26,470 nt of DNA from an uncultured Eubacteriales bacterium (lineage in GTDB: Bacteria; Bacillota; Clostridia; TANB77; RGIG9151), in assembly GCA_964475435.1 (NCBI GenBank), contig CAYYWT010000005.1:1-26470 (forward strand). Reading direction: 5' to 3'. A model generated the notes under the pieces. That model was given only the letters and a program-made list of their open reading frames with translations. It had not been told where the DNA came from and did not search any database. The translations under genes and the position numbers were made by a program. Shown here piece after piece: positions 1 through 9,933 of this stretch (its first letter is position 1; each line of letters starts with the position of its first letter).

Positions 1-109
1 ACTAAAACTTTTACTTTGTCAACTACTTTTTTAAAGTTTTTTAAAAAATTTGTTACTATTCAGTCTACTTGTTTAACAAGCGAATTTCAAATACAAAAAA
101 AGATGAGTT

Positions 110-931
110 TTAATCCTCATCTTCCATTATCACACTTTTCGTTTCAATATTTAATTTTTCAATATTAAGCGCAGTCATCCTATCTATTTCAACCTTTATC
201 TTTTCCGCCAATCTAGACATAACATCCATCAAATTATATCCATATAAGCATACAATTTCAATATCAATAACAACCCCATCATTAAAATTCTTATTTCTCA
301 CTTTAGTAACCTTTTTTATTCCATCAAAATTTTTAGCTACATTATATACAAGCGAATTAATAACATTTTCCGAAATCGTATACTCTCCCATATAGCTAAA
401 CGCAGGACGTACAATAGTCTTTTCTGACGGCAAATTTTGAGCATTATCTTTCTTCATAAAAATTTTTAACGGATTCATAAAATAACCGGAAAATTGATTC
501 TTAATTTCCACAATAGGAACAGGAATTACGTGTTTCCCAAGTTCTTTTCTTAAATACTTAGCCTTCTCTATTTCTTTTTCGCTCGCTACATCTTCAATGC
601 GTATTATTTTTTCAATATTAGGCAACTTCAATCTCTCAACTATCTTATTTACCATTTCATCAGACGTACCTAAAATAAGTAATCCTTTTGGCTTTTCGCT
701 TTCTATCGCACGTATTACACCTTCAGCATGGCTCCTATCATTAAATATAGCACACTTAACAGAGGCAATTCTACTCGCCTCTTTCTTAGCAGATTTCCCA
801 GCTAAAATTTTATTTTCTTTTATCAAAAGTCCATCGTCTATTATACACTCTAAACCATTTTCTCTGGCAATCCACTGTGCTCTATAACTCTTTCCTGTAC
901 CACTAGGTCCAACAAAAGCATAAACTTTCAA
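110..931 (-). CDS. P-loop NTPase fused to an Asp23/Gls24-like C-terminal domain
   Basis: 273-aa ORF. Walker A GPSGTGKS at residues 8-15. The C-terminal third (ISENVINSLVYNVAKNFDGIKKV...VVIDIEIVCLYGYNLMDVMSRLAEKIKVEIDRMTALNIEKLNI) resembles the Asp23/alkaline-shock family. It lies 18 nt downstream of tgt on the same strand. Confidence 0.6.
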   Translation of the reverse strand: MKVYAFVGPSGTGKSYRAQWIARENGLECIIDDGLLIKENKILAGKSAKKEASRIASVKCAIFNDRSHAEGVIRAIESEKPKGLLILGTSDEMVNKIVERLKLPNIEKIIRIEDVASEKEIEKAKYLRKELGKHVIPVPIVEIKNQFSGYFMNPLKIFMKKDNAQNLPSEKTIVRPAFSYMGEYTISENVINSLVYNVAKNFDGIKKVTKVRNKNFNDGVVIDIEIVCLYGYNLMDVMSRLAEKIKVEIDRMTALNIEKLNIETKSVIMEDED

Positions 932-949
932 TATTCAAACCTCCCAATT

Positions 950-2071
<1,122 letters not shown>

Positions 2072-3118
2072 CTAAATAATAAGCATTGCATCGCCAAAGC
2101 TAAAAAATCTATATTTTTCATCTACAGCAATTTTATAAGCATTCATAATATAATCATATCCGGCTAATGCAGATACTAACATAATCAAAGTAGACTCCGG
2201 TAAATGGAAATTCGTAATAAGTCCATCTAAAACCTTAAAGTCATACCCTGGATAGATAAAAATATCCGTATTGCCTGTCATCGGTACTAAATCTTCTCCT
2301 TTTTTAGACACGCTCTCTAAAACCCTACAAGACGTAGTACCTACCGCAATAATTCTTCCGCCATTTTTCTTAGCTTTATTTATCTTTTCACAAGCCTCCT
2401 CGTTAATTTCATACCATTCAGAATGCATTTTATGTGCTAAAATATTATCTTCTTTTACAGGTCTAAAAGTTCCAAGTCCAACATGTAACGTAACTTCAGC
2501 TATACTTATCCCTTTTTCTTCAATCGCTTTTAATAAATCTTTAGTAAAATGCAATCCTGCAGTAGGAGCAGCAGACGAACCCTTAAATTTCGAATAAACC
2601 GTTTGATAACGTTCTTTATCCTTTAACTTATTATGAATATATGGTGGTAAAGGCACTCCCCCTACTCTATCTAATACTTCTTGAAAAATCCCATCATAAA
2701 ATAACTTTATTATCCTATTTCCGTCATCCTTTACTTCTAATACTTCAGCTCTAAGCTCCTCCATCTCGCCAAAAACGAATTTAGTACCCGGAATAGCACG
2801 CTTCCCGGGTTTAGCTAAAGCCTCCCAACAGTCATTTCCTAAATCCTTTAGCAAAAACAATTCTATTTTACCTTCAGTTTCTTCTTTTTTACCAATAAGA
2901 CGTGCAGGAATAACCCTAGTATTATTAATAACTAAACAATCTCCGGGATTAAGATAGTCTATAACATCCTTAAAAGTCTTATGAACAATCTCTCCATTAG
3001 TTTTATTTAATACAAGTAATCTAGACTCATCTCTCTTTTCTAACGGATCTTGGGCTATAAGCTCCTCCGGCAAATCATAAAAATATGTACTCTTCTTTAA
3101 TAACGCTTCTTTATCCAT
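2072..3118 (-). CDS. queA: S-adenosylmethionine:tRNA ribosyltransferase-isomerase
   Basis: 348-aa ORF. N-terminus [26 protein letters not shown], plus TAGLHFT and [11 protein letters not shown], are typical QueA. Conserved queA-tgt pairing. Confidence 0.95.
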   Translation of the reverse strand: MDKEALLKKSTYFYDLPEELIAQDPLEKRDESRLLVLNKTNGEIVHKTFKDVIDYLNPGDCLVINNTRVIPARLIGKKEETEGKIELFLLKDLGNDCWEALAKPGKRAIPGTKFVFGEMEELRAEVLEVKDDGNRIIKLFYDGIFQEVLDRVGGVPLPPYIHNKLKDKERYQTVYSKFKGSSAAPTAGLHFTKDLLKAIEEKGISIAEVTLHVGLGTFRPVKEDNILAHKMHSEWYEINEEACEKINKAKKNGGRIIAVGTTSCRVLESVSKKGEDLVPMTGNTDIFIYPGYDFKVLDGLITNFHLPESTLIMLVSALAGYDYIMNAYKIAVDEKYRFFSFGDAMLII

Positions 3119-3131
3119 TTCTTTATCCCTT

Positions 3132-3782
3132 CTATAAAATATTAAAACCTACTATACGAGATAGCCTGTCCTCTCTCTCTTTTATATCCTCTATTAATTT
3201 CTCAACATCTTTAATCGCATCTTCATCAGTTCTAAAAAATTTCACACCATACTCATTACCAACATTAGAATCACTAACCCTCATTATTTCAGCATCAATC
3301 ATAAAAGAACTTGAAGGTAACATTATGGACAACCTAACCATTTCACCAATCATAAAATCCTGTTTACAAACAAAAGCCAAACCGGAAACACTAATATTAG
3401 TAACTACTCCAAAAACGCCATCAAGCTCTGAGAAACTTTGAATCGTCATTGCATAATTAACAGAATATCTTTCGTCTTTTCTTAAATTTTGAACTTTATT
3501 TATTTCTTCAACTCTAAGTAACATAGTCCTCGTAGGTTCTATTCTTATTTGAGTTATTACAGCATCAATAATATATTCATATCCGTCTATAGTTTTAGTA
3601 ACTTTCATTTTATCTCCAACCATAACCAGACTATTTAAATATCTTCCGTCAAAAGCAATTTCAAGTTCATCATCGTCAGAAAAAACTTTATATGCAACAT
3701 TAGCAATCCACTCATTTGATTTCTCTAAATTAGTCTTTATAATGTCATCATTATATAAAAAGTCTCCAAGTTTAATACTCAT
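3132..3782 (-). CDS. PilZ-domain (c-di-GMP-binding, YcgR-like) protein
   Basis: The C-terminal half carries the PilZ signature RKDERY (RxxxR) and NISVSGLAF (D/NxSxxG). The ORF track starts at a GTG at 3791 that abuts the Shine-Dalgarno-like GAGGGAG. I prefer the ATG at 3782, which has ~8-nt spacing. Confidence 0.7.
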   Translation of the reverse strand: MSIKLGDFLYNDDIIKTNLEKSNEWIANVAYKVFSDDDELEIAFDGRYLNSLVMVGDKMKVTKTIDGYEYIIDAVITQIRIEPTRTMLLRVEEINKVQNLRKDERYSVNYAMTIQSFSELDGVFGVVTNISVSGLAFVCKQDFMIGEMVRLSIMLPSSSFMIDAEIMRVSDSNVGNEYGVKFFRTDEDAIKDVEKLIEDIKEREDRLSRIVGFNIL

Positions 3783-3847
3783 ATACTCCACTCCCTCTTA
3801 TACACTTATTCATTCTACCATATTTTTATTAAACTTTCTACATAATA

Positions 3848-4561
3848 TTAATTAAGTTCATACATTAATATAGAAATCAAATTAAGACTAGCCGTTTCAG
3901 CCCTTAAAATCCTATCTCCCAAACTAACAGAACTACAACCTTTATCAATTAAAGATTTTATTTCATCTTCTTCAAATCCGCCTTCTGCCCCAATAATAAT
4001 AGCAATTTCTTTAACATTATTATTCTCTTTCAAAAAATCTTTTAATTTGGTATTCTCTTTTTCATAAGCAACAATACATTTTTCATAATTAGGAACATCA
4101 TTTAACAATTCATTAAAAGAGCAAAAATTCTCAACTCTTACAATATCACTTCTTCCACATTGTTTAGAAGCCTCAAGACTTATTTTGTTAAACCTTTCTA
4201 TTCGTTTAGCCTTATCTTTATCATCTAATTTAACAATAACATTTTTACTATTAAACGGAACTATCCTACTAACTCCAAGTTCAACAGCTTTTTGAATAAC
4301 ATATTCCATTTTATCAGCCTTTAACATCGCTTGATATAAAGTTATTTTTAATTCAGGAACACCTTTTACATCAGCATCTTCTATTACCTTACATTCTATA
4401 TTCATCTTCCCGATAGAAAGAATTTCACACATTTTATCATTAACTTGAATTATTTCTCCGACATTATGCCTTAACACCAAAATATGTTTTGCTTCATCAC
4501 CGATAATTTCAAAAATTTCATTATTTCTTAACTCTTTTTCAATTATAAACCTTCTTGCCAT
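3848..4561 (-). CDS. rsmE: 16S rRNA (uracil1498-N3)-methyltransferase
   Basis: 237-aa ORF. N-terminal PUA-like region (RFIIEKE...GDEAKHILVLR) and a C-terminal SPOUT knot (IIIGAEGGFEEDEI...LGDRILRAETA). Confidence 0.9.
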   Translation of the reverse strand: MARRFIIEKELRNNEIFEIIGDEAKHILVLRHNVGEIIQVNDKMCEILSIGKMNIECKVIEDADVKGVPELKITLYQAMLKADKMEYVIQKAVELGVSRIVPFNSKNVIVKLDDKDKAKRIERFNKISLEASKQCGRSDIVRVENFCSFNELLNDVPNYEKCIVAYEKENTKLKDFLKENNNVKEIAIIIGAEGGFEEDEIKSLIDKGCSSVSLGDRILRAETASLNLISILMYELN

Positions 4562-4569
4562 AATTCCTC

Positions 4570-5619
4570 CTATTCCGCTACTTCAAGCAAAATTTCAGAA
4601 AAAAGTTCTCCGGCTCTTAAAACTTCTTCCATCGTATTACCTGTAGCGCCCATTTCAACTATAATTGCTCCATTTGAAACCTGTTGATTAAAACGTTCTT
4701 TTCTCAAACTTACATATCTACAAAATCCGGGATATTTCTCGTTTGCAACCTGTTGTAGTTTTAATGCAAATTTCAAATTTTCTCTCCAGTTCGCATGACT
4801 TAGTCCTCCCTGATTAGTTCCGACAACTAATAAAATCTGCGCCGTATCCTTTCCATCAATGTTTACAACAGGACGATATATTTGTTCTCCGGTTCCAAGC
4901 GCATCCCTATGTACATCCAAAACGATTTTTGCACTTGTATATTTCTTTACTAAATTCAAAATTGCTTTTCCCGCTTTACTATACGAAAGATTATAAGATG
5001 GATAATCATAATATTCCGTATCATGATACACGCCGACATTATTTGCTTCCAAGCATTTTTTTATTTTTTCTCCAACTCTAACAACATTCGCATTTTTATC
5101 AAGTGTCCTAAACTCTCCGCTTGCTTCATAATCTAAAGATTTATCTTTACTGTATGTTTCAGTTGTATGAGTATGATATATTATAACCTCTGTATCTTTC
5201 TTTTTCAAATTAAATTTCAAATCTTCATTTTTTAATTTTTCAATATCTATCTTATATTTAGTATCATTTCTAAGTTCATTTTTCCAATCAAGTGTCACAC
5301 TTTTTACTTGAGGTATATCCACATCTTCTATAATAGCTTGATTTTCTTCATAAATTACTTCATTTTTCTCAATATCCTCTACTTTTTCAACTTTATCTTC
5401 AGGTAATTCAACAAAAATATTTTCACTCATAAGTTTGTATCTCATTATATTTAAATAAGTAAAATTAACCAAACCGGTACCATCTTCATTAGCCACTCTC
5501 ATAACAGGAATTGTATGTACAATAAAAAATCCCCTTATTTTCTCACTTTTTACGAGTATTTTTCCAATAAAAACAACAAATATTAAAAACAAAAAAATAT
5601 ACATAAATGATTTTTTCAT
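4570..5619 (-). CDS. spoIIP: Stage II sporulation protein P (engulfment peptidoglycan hydrolase)
   Basis: 349-aa ORF with an N-terminal TM helix. SpoIIP-typical motifs: VIIYHTHTTETY, VLDVHRDA, IIVEMG. Confidence 0.85.
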   Translation of the reverse strand: MKKSFMYIFLFLIFVVFIGKILVKSEKIRGFFIVHTIPVMRVANEDGTGLVNFTYLNIMRYKLMSENIFVELPEDKVEKVEDIEKNEVIYEENQAIIEDVDIPQVKSVTLDWKNELRNDTKYKIDIEKLKNEDLKFNLKKKDTEVIIYHTHTTETYSKDKSLDYEASGEFRTLDKNANVVRVGEKIKKCLEANNVGVYHDTEYYDYPSYNLSYSKAGKAILNLVKKYTSAKIVLDVHRDALGTGEQIYRPVVNIDGKDTAQILLVVGTNQGGLSHANWRENLKFALKLQQVANEKYPGFCRYVSLRKERFNQQVSNGAIIVEMGATGNTMEEVLRAGELFSEILLEVAE

Positions 5620-5689
5620 AGGCTACCTCAAGACTTTTTACTTGTCTTAAAAATATATATGAAAAATATTATCATTTATGTATTTATAA

Positions 5690-6634
5690 TCACAAACTTA
5701 CTTGTATAATAGATTCGTATATAGCCTCCGCCATAGTTTGCTTAAAGCTATCCTTTCTTAACTGACGTCTATCAGTTAAATTACTCATACAAGCAACTTC
5801 AACCAAGACTCCGGGCATATCAATATTTTTTAATACCACTAAATCCTCTCTCGATCTAGCACCAATACCTTTAAGTCCGCTGGCTTTTTGAAGTATATTT
5901 TGAAAAATATCAGCAATTTCTTTGTTTTTAGCTAATCTGGAAGAATTATAAAGTAGCATCGTTCCGGAAAAGCCGGAAGGCATTGAATTATTATGAATAC
6001 ACACAAACAAATCAGCATTTTTATCATTAGCAAACTTAGCTCTATCTAACAATTCTACAAAAACATCATTCTCTCTAGTCATATATACATCAAATCTTTC
6101 ATCCGCTTGAAGTAATGCTTGTACACGTTTTGAAATATCTAAATTTAACGTTTTTTCGTATAATCCTCCAAAAATCGCACCGGGATCTTTTCCACCATGA
6201 CCCGGATCTAATACAATTATCTTCTTTTCTATTGGAGTAATATTAGCTTCAAATAATATGTACAAAGTTTTTTTGTCATCAGATAAAGAAGTTGTATAAT
6301 CTTTCATTTCTTTCATATCTAAAACTACTCTACTCACATATGTAGGTTTCGTAGTATTTTGAGCCGCTCTTACAGAGGTTACTAACTCATTGTTTACAGC
6401 AATACTCTTTTTTTCTCTAACAATCGTATCCTTAAAATCAAAATATATTCTTTTATTATAGCTAAGACTACCGGCAGTGTACTCCATCGGCTCAGAAGTA
6501 GTAACTGTTATACCAAGCGATTGGTTATCAATTACAACTTGTACATCTTGTATATAATTAGTCGCCTCAGCGTGCGATACTGTTAACAAAAAGAACATAA
6601 ATATAAAAAGAAAACTTCTTTTCATTTGTATCAA
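5690..6634 (-). CDS. N-acetylmuramoyl-L-alanine amidase (AMIN-like N-domain + Amidase_3)
   Basis: Signal peptide MKRSFLFIFMFFLLTVSHA. AMIN-like beta domain (RIYFDFKD...SRVVLDM). Amidase_3 motifs IVLDPGHGGKDPGA, VCIHNNS, VLVEVACMSN. Confidence 0.85.
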   Translation of the reverse strand: MIQMKRSFLFIFMFFLLTVSHAEATNYIQDVQVVIDNQSLGITVTTSEPMEYTAGSLSYNKRIYFDFKDTIVREKKSIAVNNELVTSVRAAQNTTKPTYVSRVVLDMKEMKDYTTSLSDDKKTLYILFEANITPIEKKIIVLDPGHGGKDPGAIFGGLYEKTLNLDISKRVQALLQADERFDVYMTRENDVFVELLDRAKFANDKNADLFVCIHNNSMPSGFSGTMLLYNSSRLAKNKEIADIFQNILQKASGLKGIGARSREDLVVLKNIDMPGVLVEVACMSNLTDRRQLRKDSFKQTMAEAIYESIIQVSL

Positions 6635-6687
6635 CTCCCAGCATAATAATACTATTTATTACAAAAAAAGTCCATACCATAATAAAA

Positions 6688-6759
6688 ATTGTAACATTCT
6701 TTTAATATTTATTTTTGTTAGCATTTCAAAGGAAAAAAGAGAAAAAAACGAATATATTT
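6688..6759 (+). repeat. Intergenic repeat copy A (partner at 9373-9442)
   Basis: aattgtaa...tatttatttttgttagcatttcaaaggaaaaaagagaaaaaa..cgaatatattt. The 42-nt core differs from copy B at one position, and there are two indels. It lies 55-125 nt upstream of the amidase start on the minus strand. Confidence 0.8.
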
Positions 6760-6795
6760 AAAAAGCTATATTAAACGAGAAATTATACTTGCTCA

Positions 6796-7506
6796 CTAAT
6801 TTTTTTGCTTTATTTTTGAAGATAAAACAGATATAATCAACTTAGGTGTAGGTTTTCTATTATCTTTAATTCCTAAAAATTCACAAACAGATTTTTCATC
6901 TGAATATCGCCACATAGAATTAACAGCTTTTTGTATATTCCATTTTATATTAAGAACTGATACTTCATAATTATCAGCCATTTTTTTGTATAACCCATTT
7001 TCCAAATTATCCGTATTCGACGCTTCAAATAAAATCATATAAATCGCCTGAGTTAAATATTTGTATCCCAAACTTGTTCTACTGATATTCATCAAATCTA
7101 ACATTTCTTCAATCTCTCTTTTTTTATTTTCAATATTAAGAGCATTAACTATCTCGTTTAAAATTGTCATTATTCGCTCATATGATGTATTTTTCTCAAT
7201 TAGCAAATAATCTTCGGTTAACTCATTCAATTCCATAATTCCGGAGGCATCTCCTGATAAGAAAATAAATTTAGGTTGATAATTATTTATCATTTTAATT
7301 TTTTTCATAACATCTATTCCAGAAAAATATGGCATTTTTATATCTAACAATATTATCTCTGGTCTAATTTCATTAATAGTGTTTATAGCTTGATTTCCGT
7401 CAGTAACTATATCAGCAATTCGTATATCGTTATTATATTTCATCACATAATTAATCAATGCAATACAAAACTCTTTATTATCATCTGCAATAACTACATT
7501 TACCAT
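6796..7506 (-). CDS. Spo0A-like response regulator (receiver + divergent Spo0A_C-type DNA-binding domain)
   Basis: The receiver has VVIADDNKEFC (near-identical to Spo0A N-termini) and the phospho-acceptor context IILLDIKMP. The C-terminus aligns by eye to Spo0A_C (LGYKYLTQAI ~ IKGYxYLReAI; KPTPKLIISVL ~ KPTNSEFIAMV). The recognition-helix region reads SVLNIKWNIQKAVNSMW instead of the canonical TASRVERAIRHAIEVAW. Confidence 0.65.
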   Translation of the reverse strand: MVNVVIADDNKEFCIALINYVMKYNNDIRIADIVTDGNQAINTINEIRPEIILLDIKMPYFSGIDVMKKIKMINNYQPKFIFLSGDASGIMELNELTEDYLLIEKNTSYERIMTILNEIVNALNIENKKREIEEMLDLMNISRTSLGYKYLTQAIYMILFEASNTDNLENGLYKKMADNYEVSVLNIKWNIQKAVNSMWRYSDEKSVCEFLGIKDNRKPTPKLIISVLSSKIKQKN

Positions 7507-7567
7507 TTTTTATCGTCTCCCAAAATTAAGTTATAAAATCAAGTAATTTTATACTTATAATATATAC

Positions 7568-7595
7568 AAAAAGGAGACTGCTTTCAACAATCTCC
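7568..7595 (-). terminator. Putative intrinsic terminator after the Nudix-fusion gene
   Basis: Minus strand reads ggaga(ttg)...(cag)tctcc followed by TTTTTG. The stem is short (5 bp + 2 bp). Confidence 0.4.
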
Positions 7596-7603
7596 TCATC
7601 TTT

Positions 7604-9274
7604 TTAATAATTTCCATTCTGAAAAATTTCTAACCATATTTTTGCAATTTCCTTTTTATAATTTATATCTACTTCTGAAATTTTTTCACCTACTTTTATT
7701 TTTCCATCAATCATAAGTTTTGCGGCTACAAGCATTTCACTCCTAACTAAATGAATAAAATTATACATAACTGCTTTATGAACAAAATTCACAGCATTTC
7801 CTTTCCTGACAAGGTAAAAATAATTGCATTCATTTTCATATTTATAAATATGAGAACTGATTTGAGTAACTTTATATTCTGTTTCTAGGTATTTTGAATT
7901 TATCTCGTCATCAGATGATGTAACAGAAAAAATATAAGCACCTTTTTTAACATTTCTAAAATCAAGTATATTTAATGAATGATTTCCGGTAGATAAAAAT
8001 AAAACATCAGAATTTTCTACTACATACTTTTTCTTTCTTATGTTACACATTCTATTACAAGCTTCTATTTGCTTTATTGGATTCGAATCATAAACCAAAG
8101 GTTTGATACCTTTTTGTAATAAATGTCTACCTATGGAGGCTCCAATTTTTCCAAAACCAATTATTCCACACTCATTATACTCAATTAAAGTTCCAACTTC
8201 TCTTAATAATGTTTCAGCAGAAAATACTATGGATTCTCCAACTAAGTAATCTTCATTTTCTTTTAGGCAACTTCTAGCAACGGATATTATTTCTACACCA
8301 GTATCAACTTTTTCATACTTTTGATAACCATTTTCGGTATCTTCAATAATACATTTTATATTTTGACACAAATCATTCTTTTGAGCAACATATTCAGCAA
8401 AATATCCGCCAATATCAAAAATAATAATTTTTTTATTAGAATTTTTTATAATAGTTTCAATTACTTTAGAAATAATAACTTCTTCTCTTTTAATCTTTGC
8501 TATGGGTAATTTTCCACTTAGTTTGTTAAAAACTTCTTCGTCTATGGAATTAGGCTTAGGAATCAATAATTGAATTGGACATACATCATTTAAACTTTCC
8601 AAATATTCAACACAATCAGGTATTATATGACTTACAACTATGCTGTTATATTCCATTAAATCTATGTTAAATTTTTCAATTATTTTATTATAATACCGAA
8701 TAATTTTTTGATCCGTATTCAATATATCAAAAATCTTATTTATGATTCTTTCAAATCTGCTATTCGCTTTTAATTCATTTATATCTACCCATCTATATCC
8801 ATTTGATTCGGCTTCATCAATCTCAATCTCACTTGAATTTTCAACAACAAATAAATATCTAAAATCGTGGTGATAATGTGGTGGCATATCTTTTTTTAAA
8901 TTCTCTGGTATGTAATGAGTATTTATATCAAAGGGCACATTTCTATCACTAAAAACACTCACAAGTTCTAAATCTTTTAATTTAGTTTCTTCATAAATTT
9001 CTCTTTGAGCAGCCTCTAATAAACTATTATCTTCTTTTTCAATATGACCTCCGGGTTGCAACAACTTATTTAACTTTTTATGTTCCAACAACAATATTTT
9101 TTTATCATTTCGCGAATAGATAAATCCACTGGCAGTTATATGACCTATTGTATTCTTTCCATTATAAATATCTTCATTATTTTGAATAAAATCTTCCAGT
9201 TGTTTTAGTCCTTCTCTTTCGTTATTATAATACTCTAAATACCTTTTTAAAATTTTTCCTAAATCAATTGTCAT
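7604..9274 (-). CDS. Nudix hydrolase domain fused to an S-adenosylhomocysteine-hydrolase-like Rossmann module
   Basis: 556-aa ORF. Nudix box GGHIEKEDNSLLEAAQREIYEETKL in the N-terminal ~180 aa. The C-terminal ~370 aa align by eye to SAHH landmarks: IFDIGGY ~ DDGGD; IEDTENGYQKY ~ EETTTG; GIIGFGKIGASIGRHL ~ GYGDVGKG; YDSNPIKQIEACNRM ~ EIDPICALQAAMEG; LSTGNHSLNILDFRNVKKGAYIFSVTSSDDEI ~ TaTGN..I....MK..AIvcNIGHFDnEI. Confidence 0.6.
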   Translation of the reverse strand: MTIDLGKILKRYLEYYNNEREGLKQLEDFIQNNEDIYNGKNTIGHITASGFIYSRNDKKILLLEHKKLNKLLQPGGHIEKEDNSLLEAAQREIYEETKLKDLELVSVFSDRNVPFDINTHYIPENLKKDMPPHYHHDFRYLFVVENSSEIEIDEAESNGYRWVDINELKANSRFERIINKIFDILNTDQKIIRYYNKIIEKFNIDLMEYNSIVVSHIIPDCVEYLESLNDVCPIQLLIPKPNSIDEEVFNKLSGKLPIAKIKREEVIISKVIETIIKNSNKKIIIFDIGGYFAEYVAQKNDLCQNIKCIIEDTENGYQKYEKVDTGVEIISVARSCLKENEDYLVGESIVFSAETLLREVGTLIEYNECGIIGFGKIGASIGRHLLQKGIKPLVYDSNPIKQIEACNRMCNIRKKKYVVENSDVLFLSTGNHSLNILDFRNVKKGAYIFSVTSSDDEINSKYLETEYKVTQISSHIYKYENECNYFYLVRKGNAVNFVHKAVMYNFIHLVRSEMLVAAKLMIDGKIKVGEKISEVDINYKKEIAKIWLEIFQNGNY

Positions 9275-9308
9275 TTTTACCGCCCCCTTATATAAATAAA
9301 TAATTTAT

Positions 9309-9337
9309 TTATACGGTAGAATATCATTTTTCGTCAA
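9309..9337 (-). promoter_or_regulatory. Candidate sigma-A-type promoter for the Nudix-fusion gene
   Basis: Minus strand reads TTGACG (9337-9332), a 17-nt spacer, then GTATAA (9314-9309). An AAGGGGG ribosome-binding site precedes the ATG at 9274. Confidence 0.4.
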
Positions 9338-9372
9338 TATTGTATATAAAAGTGGAAAAAAGTGTACTTACT

Positions 9373-9442
9373 AATTGTAATATTTATTTTTGTTAGCATT
9401 TTAAAGGAAAAAAGAGAAAAAATGAAAAAAGCGAATATATTT
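9373..9442 (+). repeat. Intergenic repeat copy B (partner at 6688-6759)
   Basis: Same orientation as copy A. Lies ~100-170 nt upstream of the Nudix-fusion start (minus strand) and ~90 nt upstream of the plus-strand CBM25-like gene. Confidence 0.8.
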
Positions 9443-9533
9443 TAGGAAAAATGTCAAAAATAATGATTGCATAATCTAATTAAAAAAATGAAAATAAATT
9501 GTATTTAACTATTCGATGAAAGGAGTGTTCGAA

Positions 9534-9902
9534 ATGGCTACAAAAAAAGCTAATTCAACTGCCTCAAGTACAAAAAGTGTTAAAACTAGTGCTACAACAG
9601 CGAAAAATCCTTATAAGAATAATGGATTAACTGTTAGCCCATTAAATTTTAATGCTGGTGATAAAATAAAAGTTACCTATAACGGTTTACTTTCGCAATC
9701 CGGAGCTGACGAGGTTTATGCTCATATTGGTTGGGGCGATACTTGGGAAAATATTAACGACGTAAAAATGTCAAAAACAAAGTCTGGCTTTACAACAACA
9801 ATCACAGCTTATAACTCATCATTAAATCTTTGCTTCAAAGATACATCTAACAATTGGGATAACAATAATGGTTGCAATTATACATTGTATTCAAACGACT
9901 AA
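9534..9902 (+). CDS. Small CBM25-like (starch/glycan-binding module) protein
   Basis: The ATG at 9534 is preceded by AAAGGAG with 8-nt spacing; the track start at 9516 has no ribosome-binding site. The C-terminal ~90 aa (KIKVTYNG...VYAHIGWGDTWENINDVKM...LNLCFKDTSNNWDNNNGCNY) match the CBM25 pattern ending F.D..NNWDNNNG.NY. No signal peptide is visible. Confidence 0.55.
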   Translation: MATKKANSTASSTKSVKTSATTAKNPYKNNGLTVSPLNFNAGDKIKVTYNGLLSQSGADEVYAHIGWGDTWENINDVKMSKTKSGFTTTITAYNSSLNLCFKDTSNNWDNNNGCNYTLYSND

Positions 9903-9933
9903 AAAATCGGAACGATATGTTCCGATTTTTTAT
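9903..9933. terminator. Bidirectional intrinsic terminator between convergent genes
   Basis: Stem aatcggaac (9905-9913) pairs with gttccgatt (9919-9927), loop gatat, with an A-run before and a T-run after. Confidence 0.8.

Noticed and set aside
52-76. 26-nt similarity gttactattcag(t/a)ct(a/g)cttgt(t/c)ttaa between 52-76 and 16766-16791
   Set aside because: 23 of 26 matches in a 26-kb AT-rich window is close to what chance predicts by my rough estimate. The two genomic contexts also differ (3' of one gene, 5' of another).
597-887. Antisense ORFs listed in the track inside larger genes: 597-887, 1338-1532, 2271-2597, 3085-3441, 8321-8509, 11307-11591, 13789-14058, 14087-14347, 15624-15854, 16161-16448, 17144-17374, 17764-17973, 19197-19409, 20298-20492, 20864-21142, 21311-21529, 21588-21827, 23643-23981, 24540-24806
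   Set aside because: Each lies wholly within or overlaps a longer ORF that has clear family motifs on the opposite strand. Their translations are low-complexity and S/L/F/I-rich, typical of antisense AT-rich coding DNA, and they lack ribosome-binding sites.
9516-9533. Upstream ATG at 9516 for the CBM25-like gene
   Set aside because: The AAAGGAG Shine-Dalgarno sequence lies inside those codons and is correctly spaced for the ATG at 9534.
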